The notes below the pieces were generated by a model, which had not been told where the DNA came from, did not search any database, and was given only the letters and a program-made list of their open reading frames with translations. A program made the translations under genes and the position numbers. Shown in pieces: positions 37,199 to 49,230 of a stretch of DNA of 64,000 nucleotides (within the stretch, counting starts at the first letter, position 1; every line of letters begins with the position of its first letter). This DNA comes from Octopus sinensis. Its lineage: Eukaryota. The stretch spans positions 78,058,001 to 78,122,000 of the forward strand of contig NC_043002.1 in the NCBI RefSeq assembly GCF_006345805.1, in the 5' to 3' direction.

Positions 37199-39276
37199 TG
37201 CCATATGTTGTTTTTGTAACAATGTTCTTTACATTGCTATGCTCTCTACTTCCATTGTGGTCGCTAATGTAACAGATTTAGACATCCAGGATCAGACTAG
37301 AGACATGGTACATCTGAACCTGTTGATAGTACCTAATCATTGGACTAGCAAACCCATGTCATAGATCTACTACAGAACAATATTTCCATACTGTTATCTG
37401 TAATAGGACTGTGTCTATTTTCAAATGGGCAGATTAAAGTCATATACTGAATGTCACAACATCCCACACAACTATTTTACCTTTAGTCCAATGCCTTAGC
37501 TTGCTAGCAATTCTTCCTGGTACTAAGCTATCTCTGTTGATTCACAGTTTAACTTTAGACAGTAGTCTTTAATGCTGTGTTGATTATTTTTCTCTCTTGT
37601 AATCAAAATTATTAACTAGTTCCCATTTATCTAACAAATATGAAAAATGTAAATATAAACATAGTTATAAATGTCGATGTCAGGAAAATCAAGACATGGG
37701 AATAAAATAGATTTCCATCTGTTTGTTTTTAGTCATTATCTTTGAGTTCAACGAAAGCATCACACCATTCATTGGTTCATAGGAATGTCACTGAAAAAGA
37801 GGGTGCTTGTCCCTCTCTTTAATCTTTTTGATACCAAGACAACTTCTAGTTTATTGATACAAAACCACATTTCAAAGTGTTCATATTTAATTTAGAACTC
37901 ATCATAATTTGTGTGCCAAGCTTTTTTTCAATAATGACAATGAGTTATTTTACTGATTATCCTTCCAAATTATTGATTTTTCAAAACTATGCACTGGTGA
38001 TGGTGCTATATAAAAAGCACCCAGTACACTTTGTAAAGTGGTTGGCTTTAGGAAGGGCATCTAGCTGTAAAAACCAAGCAAAAACAGACTGTGGAACTTG
38101 GTGTGGCCTCTGGTTTTGCCAGCTCCTGTCAAGCCATTCAACCTATGCTTGCATGTATAATAGATGTTTAAATGATGACAATTGTGAGTGAAACTCGTAT
38201 TTCATTAGAAATATGGTCACAAAAGGGTTGTTATATCTATGAGTGGAGTTGAATTCAATAGTGTAAGCTAATAAAGCAGTTGTCATTTATACAATGTTGC
38301 AGCTACTTATAGAATCTCTTTGATCCTATGCTACCTCTATGCAGCTAAGTAGGTCATTGGCAGTTAAATACCTTAGTCAGGGGCACATTTCAGCCCTGGT
38401 AACTGGATATTGATTGCTAGTCCTTTTGGTGGTTATCTTGTAGGCACTATCAAGTCATTATCACTGTCTGTTTTTCCATGCTAGCATGGGTTGAAGGAGT
38501 CTGCCTCATTTCTCTATCACCTGACTCACACAATAAAGGAGTCATACACACCCTATTGCTGTGTATGACTTTTGTTTTCCCTTTTGGCTTTGTTTTTATG
38601 GTTGGATGCTTTTCTCATCAACCATTTTACAGAATGGATTGGGTGCATTTTATACCACTGACATGGAAAAGGTTATCTGCCATAACAACTCAGCCATTGC
38701 ATATCCTAAATAAGGAAATTAATTTTTACTCCGTTCTACATAAAACAAGTTGATTGAGTGCAGCAGTAAAATTTCCAGATTATTGCTTGATAATATTGCA
38801 TTCAGAACTATTGACTTATGCATCGTATTTTGTGTAAGTCTTTTGCATTTTTTAATAAGCTTTCATATTTCATCTCTATGTATGAACGTGTCTGTGAGTA
38901 CAGTTTGAAACACTGTCAGAACACATCATACAATATTTACTGTATAAAAGTTTTCCTGCATTTATTTGTTTGTAATTGTAATGCTGTTAACTATAAAAGC
39001 ATTATGGAGGAAAGTAAAAAGTAATTATCTCTTTACATATCAGTTTGATTGATTAGTAATGGTTTGTAATTTACTATTATTTTGTTATTATATTTGATGA
39101 AATATTTTATAAATATTTTTACAGACAGTTCGTTACAGATAATTTATGATATTAAATACTTATTTCTAATTGTTACTTCAATGTATGTTTTTGTTCATCA
39201 ATTGTACATTATTTCAAAGAATAATTTATCTAATATGATTATTTTAAAAATACTAATGTAATGTAATATTTTTCAG

Positions 39277-39371
39277 GTATGGCACAAAAGTTGCTTCAAA
39301 TGCGAAGTCTGTGGAATGACCTTAAATATGAAGAATTACAAGGGATATGACAAAAAACCATTTTGTGTGGC
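39277..39371 (+). CDS. LASP1: LASP1-like (LIM and SH3 protein / LIM-nebulette family) internal coding exon, C-terminal part of the LIM domain: [32 protein letters not shown]
   Basis: Acceptor ttttcag ends at 39276, with a TACTAAT branch-like motif at 39251-39257; donor gtaagt at 39372. The translation gives LIM ligands H-x2-C-x2-C-x2-C-x17-C and the LASP signature [11 protein letters not shown]. 95 nt, phase 0 to 2. Not in the ORF track because it is short. Confidence 0.95.
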
Positions 39372-39506
39372 GTAAGTATTTTATTCTATAACAAACATCT
39401 TTGCCCAGGTTCCTAATTTTATCATCCAGTTCTTCTTATTTGTAGCAGAGATAGTATGGTCTTGCTATGATATCTTACCCTTTTGGACATTTCCTTCTAA
39501 CATATG

Positions 39507-39720
39507 GGTGCGGGTGTGGCTGTGTGGTAAGGAGTTTACTCCATGATCGCATGGTTCTGGGTTCAGTCCCACTGCGTAGTACCTTCGATAAGTTTCTCCT
39601 GCTATAGCTCTGGGCTGACCAAATCCTAGTAAGTGATATGGTAGACAGAAACTGAAAACAGCCCATCACACACACACATATGTGTGTGCACACGTGTGTG
39701 TGCACGCGTGCGCGTGCGTG
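39507..39720 (+). mobile_element. tRNA-headed SINE, head only, 135 bp downstream of the LIM exon
   Basis: gtggctgtgtggtaagg...gggttcagtcccactgcgt...gaaactgaaa, then an alternating purine-pyrimidine tract. Confidence 0.8.
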
Positions 39721-40690
39721 AGGTTTGGGGGTTGAAAATGCACCTGGGCCTCAAAACATGTAGTTTTATATTACATATTTTGAAATTTATGAAAGTAACA
39801 CACTGGTTTCAACAATTTTTTTTTTACTGGTAAATAAAAGAAAAAGAAAATAGAAGTTAAAAAAGTGAATGTACTGGAGAAAATTCTATAGTAATAAAAT
39901 TGTTCAAAAGAAAAAAATCAAATGTTCAATAGGTTTCTTAAGAACACTGTACTTTTCACATAATTTAGACAAATACAAAAATCACCATGCATAAAAATAA
40001 TAACAACCATAGAAAATGATGAAAGTTCAAATTTTCAATAAATTTTGTAGCAATACTACATGAAAAAAAATTGAAAGTTCAATAGATTTCAAAGCAATAA
40101 GTTATGTTAATTAGATATGAAGATTTAAAAAAAAAAAATTTTTTTTTACATGTTCTGCTGTGTTGTTTGAAGAGAATTTTTCATCGTTTGCTTTCTTGGT
40201 GGAACTTGATCTAGGTTTCAGGCTGATATTCTTTGTATCTATGGGTATAAGACATACATTCAAGTCCTGATTGTTTACTTGCTCATATCTACCTGTAGCC
40301 TAGCATCCTGGTTGACTGACTGCCTGAGTACATCATTTGTTTATCAAATGTTCTGGTCACTTATTTTTGCTTGGTAGTATTCCAGTAATTTGGTTGGTTG
40401 ATTTTCTGTCGACATCATTGGTTATCAAATGTCTTGGTCACTTGTTTTTGCATGACAGTCATTCAGCATTCTTGTATGTTGAGCATTTGGTTTTTTTTTT
40501 TCTCCCCTGAGGGCCTGATTTTGACCAAAAGCTGGTCAATTTTAGGGCAACATCAACACATAGTGTTGAAAAAGTGTAATATGTAATTACACAATAGTTT
40601 GAAGTTAGTTTCAAATTCCAGAGGAAGACTGTTACTCTAGCTTTTCATTTACCATTATCATTTTTGTTACATCTAGTTGCTTTTAGTTAA

Positions 40691-40910
40691 CCCTTTCGAT
40701 ACCAACCCAGCTGAAACCGCCTCTAGCTCTGTAGTACAAATATCTTGTTTTTATAAGGTTTAAATTAAAATCTTCCACCAAACTTTAGTCACAATTTATG
40801 TTCCTAACACTAGCTTAATGATAACTAAGTTATTTTACTAAATTCTTTGTTATATTTAAAATTAATTGAAAGAAACAGAGCATCTCAAAACAAATATGGT
40901 AACGAAAGGG
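40691..40910. mobile_element. piggyBac-type MITE family B (220 bp)
   Basis: TTAA at 40687-40690 and 40911-40914; TIR CCCTTTCGATACCA / TGGTAACGAAAGGG (13 of 14 match). Confidence 0.88.
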
Positions 40911-41262
40911 TTAAACTGTTTTTTTTCCTCATTCTATTGTGTGGTAGAACATTTAGTTTTAGTTTATATTTCTTAATAAACCTAGGTTCCTTATTTAATC
41001 AGAATTGGATTGAGGTGTTCTTGATGCATTTGCATAAAGGGAAAATTTGGTATTTGGGGTGTGTATTTGTTGTGCAAAGAGATATTTATTTACAGGTATT
41101 TTCCTGGTCTCGGGATCTTGTATCTTTTGGCAGTCTACCATCGTTCTATCCTTCAGAATTAAACTTGTCCTATGTGGTCTTCACCACATCCACAGCATTT
41201 GATTATCTAAATTAGATTTCTTGATGCAGAGGTGAAATTACTTGCTCGATATAAATAATATT

Positions 41263-41482
41263 GAAGGCAGTGATCTGACGGAAGCATTAACATGCTGGGT
41301 GAGATGCTTAGCAGTATTTTGTCTGTCTTTATGTTCTGAGCTTAAATTCCGCCGAGTTCAACTTTGCCTTTCATCCTTTTGTGGTCAATAAATTAAGTAC
41401 CAGTTGCATACTGGGGTTAGTCTAATTGACTGGCCCCCTCCCCCCAAAAATGTCGGGCCTTGTGTCTAGAGTAGAAAAGAAT
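41263..41482 (+). mobile_element. Second SINE family, best copy (others at about 23094, 31637, 47355 (-), 51575, 53773)
   Basis: gaaggcagtga..ctggcagaa head, (g)agttcaaatt-like B box, ctttgcctttcatcc...aagtaccagttg body, A/ATT-rich end; recurs throughout the window. Confidence 0.8.
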
Positions 41483-44400
41483 ATAAATAATATTGACAAA
41501 TAATTATTATCAGTAAAAATATTCCTTTCACTGTAATTTAATTTTAAAAAAGTTTAGTTCTTCATTTGTGCTTTGTTAGTCAACTTTTAAATACATCTTT
41601 TATCAACATACCTGCCCTTTTTTTTTCTTGAAGTCTGGTTTCTACTCATCTAGAATGCCTTTCAGATATAAACTACTATTGACCAGATGTTAACAATAGA
41701 TCAGTCTTCATAGTGTTTTATTTATTTATTTTTGTGGTTTCTTAGCATTTTAAAAAAATTTAAAGAATCATAATTTTGTTTCTAAAAAAGATATCTATCT
41801 TTTGGAAAAATTGGTAGCATTTCTTTAAAGCAAGTAGGATGATTGTATAAGAGTGAAAACAAATGTCCATTAAGTCTTGAGGGAATTTAATTGTTAGCTT
41901 TGGCCATAGTCATGTATTAAACAAATGAGATACATCCATTAAACAGATTAGATACCTTTCCCTCTGGATAAGATAAGACACTGCTCCAAGATGGTCTGAT
42001 TCCTATTTCTATCAGCTTGCTAAATGTTAGTGTGTCAACTTAAGAGTGCCTCTAAATTCACAAATCCTGCAGAAAATTTGAACTCAAATGACTTATGAGT
42101 CAAAAGTGAATAGCATACATGTGTATGTGCTGTTGCTACTGCATATCTATGTATATGTTGTTGTCAGTGTGTGATTAGGTTAAATCTGAGAATGGTTTCA
42201 TAATAAAATAGCTCTCAAATTCATGGCCAATGATGCTTAGAAGTGTTGAGGAAGAAAACTCATTCATTGAAAAATTCAAACTACTTTTCTGTTTTCTATT
42301 AGCTTTCCTATTACATTTGTAATCTGGATAAGTGTGGTATTAATTCAAAAGGTTGATTTTTTTACTCTTGTTCACTTGAGCCTGTCAATGTTTTGTTTCT
42401 TTTCTGTTATTTAGTTCTTTAGTAGAGAGTAAGATCTCTATCAAATATTAACTCAATATGGCTGCTCCATCAACTGGATAAAATAATGGTAGATTCTGCT
42501 TGTTTCATTTTATCTCTTTATTTACCGTTGGTTAACTGTAGCATATTTGATTTCCACAAGGTTCAATAAAAGCAAATGATGATGTGAAGAGCCCAGTCAT
42601 GTAGACAAGCTAAAATAGACTTTTATGTTCCTTCTGATTAGAATAATAATAAACTAATAGATATTTTATTTTTTTTATACATGTTTTTATGCATAGAAAT
42701 GAGATATAGATTTGGATAGGAATCGTAAAAAAAAATAACAATGAAATACAGTGTACAATTTTTAACAATTGAACATTTGACAGTTAAACAATATTGCTGC
42801 ATAAGCTGGGGTGGGTGGGGGGTACAGCTTGTGATGATGCAAAGCATGCGATTTTGTGTTGTTTGTAATTTATTATGAGAAGATTTGAGAGCTCAGACAA
42901 AACAGGTATAATCCATGACAGATTTCATTGTTTAAAGACAATGAAACTAAAATACTCAAAATAAACGAGCACTTGGACATGCAAGATGCACCATTCATTT
43001 ACACAGAACCCAACCCACATAGTTCCTGTCACAACATGTAAAATTACCCTCAAATGTCCAAACATATAACATCATCTTAAGAACACTGTACTTTTCACAT
43101 AATTTAGACAAATGCAAAAATCACCATGCATAAAGATAATAACAGCATTAGTAATCTTGTTAATACTAAACACACCACCAGAAGTAAGTGCAGAAGAACA
43201 GTAGTAATTATTGTATTCCAACAAAGTTCATCTTCTCTGCCTCCATTTTGGCAACCACTACTTTATTCCTATTGTAAACCTAGGGGAATAGATTAGAGAG
43301 GAAAGAAAATACATGCCCAGACTGTCAAACTGTCCTCCCTATAATAAAGTATATTTCCATGCTGGCATGGGTTAGACTGTGTGTGTTATATAGGGCACTT
43401 GATCTGTGGATCATATTTAGTTTAACCTACAGCCTATGAGCCAACAAGGGAGTCTCTACATCAGGGGCCAGCAAAGTGATTTGTATTGGCCTCTGGGGTT
43501 CTTGTGGCTCTCCAAGGGGTTGATAAACACCTGTAATGATTTTGAAGTTTAAATGTATTAAATTATTATGAATATGACTGAATTTTTATTGTTCTTTATC
43601 AGTTTCAGAAAATATTTTTCATTGTCTATTTTAAATTTACTTATTAAAAAGCAGTAATGACACACACATGCATGCACGCACGCACACACGCATGCACACA
43701 CATGCTGTGTGGGGACCAGCTTGTCAAAAAGCCATAAAAAGCAACTAAAAGAGGTTAAGGTAGGATTTGCACTCTGACCTTGTAAAACCCTCACCAGGAA
43801 TGACTACCCAATCAGAGCCATGGGTTTTGGAGGATTGTCACCTGAGTGGTCTAGAGGTGTCATTTGCCAGGAATAGGGATTCACCAACAAATGGTGGATG
43901 CAGCAATGCGCTGTTATACTACTACTACTGATGACACAAAAGGATGAAAGAATTGTTCGTAAATCAAGAAGTTTTTTATTATATTTAAAAAATTTTATTT
44001 TAGAACTTTGCTATGGGAGTTTTAAAAGTTATCAATGATTCCATGAAATGGTTGGTGATATGAGATATTTACTAAACCTTGCTTTATATATAGTTGCTTG
44101 TCCTGCTAGAAATAATAGTCAAATCTCCCTTAAATCATATTCTACAATTTTACTGCAAGGACACATTGGACAATATAAGTCTGGATGTACAAAAAAAAAA
44201 TGAGGTTTTCAAAGCAGGAATGCTTTTGATCATAAGTTCTGCTTGTTAAGTCTGAACTGAGGCTATAAAAACAAATTAGTGACAGGAGTCTGCTACACAA
44301 CTACATTTTCACACACTAGCTAAGTTAGAAATACCATTCTGTATTGATACAATTACTTTAGATGAATGAAAATGGAGTTAATAAAAAATATACGAATTGG

Positions 44401-44872
44401 TTCTGGTGTCTGGCAGTAAATAATGAAATAGAAAAGAACGTTGAGTAAATATGAATTTGATGTTTAATTTAATTGAGCATGAATGAAAGAGCCAACCAAA
44501 CATCATTGTTGGCAGGGGTTGGGGTGATGCTTTCAACAGATGCTTATATGGTAATTGGTATTAACCCTTGAAATAACCATTACCCATGTAATTCTTTACA
44601 GAGCATCCTACAAAATATTCTGTATTGTAAAACTAGTTCTAATTTTGATAACTTGAGGAGTAAAATCGTAAGCCTCGTTGTCATCAGGTTGTTATTGTTT
44701 AGCTCCAAAACAGGGTTGACTGAGCAGATTATGATCAAAGACATGCTGGCCATGACCATCCTGTCATTATCTTAGGCATTGCATAAATGTGTCTGTCCCT
44801 TTTCAAGTTGGTAGGGTGTCATTTTAGAAAGATTTGGCTGTTATTTCTAGCAAGTCAATTGATCATGTAAAA

Positions 44873-45178
44873 CAGTGGTTCTCAACTGTGGTCCATATAA
44901 GACTTTTGGGGGTCCACACAACAACATAATAAATTAGGGATCCACAATAGGGCCTCTGAAAAAATTTCGATTTAGATGTATGTATCGGCATGTATTGCAA
45001 GAAACAGCTAGGTTTCTTTCTCTAACATTTTACATAATTCAACCTACACAAGTTAATGTGTGAAAAACAAAATAGGAATTTTGAAAGAAGTTTCTATAAA
45101 ACCAGTTTTTAAACATCATATCAGAATAAAATAACAATCAAAAAGGATCCATAGATAAAAAATGGTTGAGAACTCCTG
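44873..45178. mobile_element. hAT (Charlie-like) MITE nested in an older repeat
   Basis: TIRs CAGTGGTTCTCAAC / GTTGAGAACTCCTG (12 of 14 match); 8-bp flanks atgtaaaa / atattaag match at only 5 of 8. Confidence 0.65.
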
Positions 45179-46509
45179 ATATTAAGGTTCTCACTTGCTC
45201 ATCATGTGTGTAAATGAATAGTAATGATGAGTCTCATAAATCCAAAATACTGTTGGGACAATGGAAAAGTGGGACAAGTTGTCCTAACAGCCGAGTCATC
45301 ATCAAAATTAAGTATTGTGATATACCAAAAATGCATGACTAAATAGATCAGATGTTTCATATTGAAGTGAACTGTACTTCTTCCTGGTAACTATTTTACA
45401 AGTGTGTGAATTGGCATTCAAAGTTGCAGCTCTTTTCCTACAAACGATGCAAGTATGATAAGAGATAAACTCCTATAATAGTAGTCCAACACCCTATTGC
45501 CTTGGTCAGTTAAAGGAGGGGAAAAACTCTTTTTTGAATGCACTCTAAACACTGCTAATCATTCATTGTTTTGCCAGGGAGATGCTATTCAGCACTTCCA
45601 TTGATTATGTTGACTTTAGAGAGCATTAACTAATTCTATTTCCAAAGTTTTGGCATCTTTTGTTGTTTCTTTATCGAGTACCTTTAAAATTAGTTTCAAG
45701 CACATTTTCCCTCTTTTTAGATAAGAAAATAGCATCAACTTGTCTTTTAAGTCTGTAATCCTTTATTAAAGTTATGAATCTTAAACTGAGCTGGCTATAG
45801 AAAGTAAACAATTTTTTTGTTGTCTCTTGTTAAGAATTCCTAAAATTTAATTTCTTCCTGCTATCTTACTACTCAGAGTTGTTGTTGTTATTATTGTCTC
45901 TTAAAGAATCTAAGCAACCCCTTTGCAAGTAGAGAAATGTTCTAAAGATTGAATAAAATATAAACATTTTTGAAGATACGGAGGGAAGGTTTTTTAAGAA
46001 TTATTTTAAGATTCATAGTTATTTTTTAAATCTTTATTAAATTTCCTAGATTAATGTGCAATAATTTTATCTTTATTGGAAGAACTGTGAAAAATAATTT
46101 CTAACATATAGATGTTTTAATTATGGTATGTTGTGTAAGGTGTGTGATATAGCAGTAAATTCAAAGCAAAATCAGAGTTCTATTAAACTTTACTAAACAC
46201 CGTTGTGAAAAGCATGAGAATAGGAGAATGTCTATGTGGAAAATAGGAAATTATCATGATTAAGATATCATACTAATTAAGAAATTGCTATCATCATCAT
46301 TTGCTCTCGTGTTGTGAATTATTACCCAACTCTAGGCATCATGTTTCTGTTCAAGATATTTTAATCATAGTAACATCAATTTTACTAAGCATTCTTGTTA
46401 CCTCCATATTTCTGGTCGGTGAAGTGTAATGATCTCCAACAGTCATCTCAAAAACCGCTGATTGTAATATGTGACATGTATTGATGTCTTGTGATGAATT
46501 TTTTTAATA

Positions 46510-46665
46510 GTGTGGCTGTGTGGTAAGAAGTTTGTTTTTCAGCTATGTGATTTTAGTTTCAGTCCCACTGTGTGGCATGCTGGGCAACTATTTTCTCCTA
46601 TAGTCCCAGGCCAACCAAAGTTTTTTGAATAGACTTAGTAGGCAGAAACTGAAAGAAGCCCGTTT

Positions 46666-46705
<40 letters not shown>

Positions 46706-46968
46706 CATATGTGCGTGTGTATTACTATCTGTTTGCCTTGACATTGCTTGATAGTTGTAAATGAGTGTCACTATTATGCAAGAAGTGTCTTTCATTTCCA
46801 ATCTTCCCTTGAAACATGTCTGGTCGTTAGGAAATATTATTACCTTACTTGGAAATAGATGAGGTTTGGTGATAGGAAGGGTATCCACCTGTAGAAAAAT
46901 TTTCCTCAGCTAATTCTGTACAACCAATGCAAGCATGGAAAAGTGGACATTGAATCAACAATGATAAT
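46510..46968 (+). mobile_element. tRNA-headed SINE, tail-B type, most complete copy
   Basis: Head, (TG)n(AG)n hinge and tail ending gcaagcatggaaaagtggacattga...atgataatg. Confidence 0.8.
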
Positions 46969-48744
46969 GGAACATGATAGGTTAAAATTGACCTTACCCA
47001 CTTTAGGAATCTTTACAACAGCATTTGTCTATTGGCAAGAGTAAGTTTCAAAGATGAATTGAGAAACCCTTTGGGAACAGATTGAGATGACATTTGAGTG
47101 TTGTTGCTGCTGTCTGTAATAAGTCTAATTATTCTCTGTGATGTCTGGTGGAAATATCTTAAATAAGCAAATTGTCTTGTTTCTGGTAAAATGTCAGCTG
47201 CAGAGAAAATGATTTTCTTCAGAAAAATACTATAACTGGAAAACAATTATTCCTTTTCTGGTTTTTAACTAAAATATAATTTTGACTTTGTTATTGATAC
47301 TGGAGCTACTGGAATATTGTTCTAGCAAGAATTATGCAACAGCTCTGTATAATGGTTTCAAATTTTGGTACAAGGCCAGCAATTTCATGGGATGGGATTA
47401 GTTGATTACTTTGGCCCCAGTACTCAACTGGTACTTATTTTATCGATCTCAAATGGATGAAAAACAAAGTTCAGCTTGACCGAATTTGAACTCAGAACAA
47501 AGATGGACAAAATGCCTCTATTTTAAAGTTTCGGCTGTAAATGATAACTCTTGGTAAGCTAGTAAGCCATTATTGAAAGTAGTCTTCACTTTGGTTATTT
47601 ACTTACCTTTTTTTTCTTTAATGATTTAATAGGTTTCCTTTGGAGTTATTGCATATAACGTTAAGTCTCTTTTAAACTTATAATTATCATACTTTTGAAA
47701 TCGGTTTATAGGTAGATATCTAATGCTGTTTATTTAACTTGCTTCGTTAAGAATTTATCGTGTATAATTATTTGGCATTTTAAATGGCTCATCACTTCTT
47801 TTCAGTAAGGCAACTTATGCTGCTATTTTGATCAAATTATAGCATAATTATTAATGTATGGTAAACACCTCAGGAGCCAATTGTCTGAGATGAAATTATC
47901 TTTTATGGCTTTTAGGCTTCATGAAACAACCTATGCTACTAGTTTTAGTTATTTATTTATTATAAAAGAAAACAACTTTGCAGAATGTAGATGATTACTA
48001 CTCGTTTCATTGTCATTTTATGTCTGTTTTCCATGCTGGCATGGGTTGGACAGGTCACCGCAGTCAAAGCCAGTTTTTATTCAGCATTAGTGTCTTCATG
48101 AATAGGGCTACCACATCTTGCGTGTGTGTTTTTAAATTAAGTATGGTTTCTATGGATGCTCTTCCTAACACAGCTATTCCCAAATTATCACTGGTTTTAA
48201 TTGTTGGTTTAGTTGTCTATTAAAATTGCAATTATCAGAAATTCAGAATTGGTGTGTATTGTACTTCTTATGGAATTTCTGAATCATTGGAAGTATTCGG
48301 AACCAAAATTGTGCTTAATTAGTTAAATGACAGTGCGCAATTTACGAGGTCTTTATTTTTAATGATTTTTTTCTACCGGCTGAAGGTATTTCAGAACAAA
48401 GCTGATTTTACTTTTTGACTTCTTATATTAACTAAATTGCAAACATTGCTTTAATTAAACCTATTTTATGAAATTAAAGCAGAAAAAATACTTCACTTTA
48501 AATTATAGATTTCAACAAACAAATTAAGATTTAATTTTATTCTAGTTTTGAAATTTCCTGAAGCAAGGTTATACAATTACTAAATTAATAAAACATTTCT
48601 TTGCCTAGTTAGAGAGTAGAGAAGGACACTGAGAGTTCAAACATGTAGTTACTCACCTTTATCTCAGTCCAAGTCCTGCATTTTGCTCAATTTGTATTAA
48701 ACAGGTAGTTTGTCCTGATATAACTTAGCAGTTCAGAATCCATG

Positions 48745-49230
48745 AATCATCATCATCATCACTGTTTAACGTCCGTTTTCCATGCTGGCATGGGTTGGAC
48801 GGTTTGACTGAGGAGTGGCAAGCCAGTAGGCTCCATTCTGATTTGGCAAGGTTTCTACAGCTGGATACCCTTCCTAATTCCAACCACTCTGAGTGTAGTG
48901 GGTGCTTTTAATGTGTCACCGGCACGGAAGTCAGTCAAGCAGCACTGGCATTGATGATGTTTGGATGGTGCTTTTTATGTACCAGCGGCACAGGAGTCAG
49001 CTGGGTGGCACTGGCATCGACCACGTTTGGATGATGCTTTTTACGTGCCACCGGCATGGAGAGCCAGTCAGGTGGCACTGGCACTGACCTACACTTGAAT
49101 GGTGCTTATTATGTGCCACCAGTATGGTATTAGCCACAACTATGATTTTGATTTTGATTTTACTTGACTCAGTAGGTCTTCTCATGCACAGCATATCACC
49201 TGACGATTCAAGGGTACCATTTGTAAATAG
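48745..49230 (-). mobile_element. RTE 3' UTR fragment with an internal 66-68-bp tandem array
   Basis: (CAT)n at the left; units at 48901, 48967, 49033 and 49101; homologous to 21066-21620. Confidence 0.8.

Noticed and set aside
1-39276. LASP1 exon 1 (M..CxxC...YP.E....LDK + donor)
   Set aside because: No matching sequence found by eye; it is presumably upstream of the window.
48901-49135. Repeat-spacer appearance suggestive of CRISPR
   Set aside because: The spacers are homologous to each other, the array lies in a LINE 3' UTR, and the DNA is eukaryotic with no cas genes.
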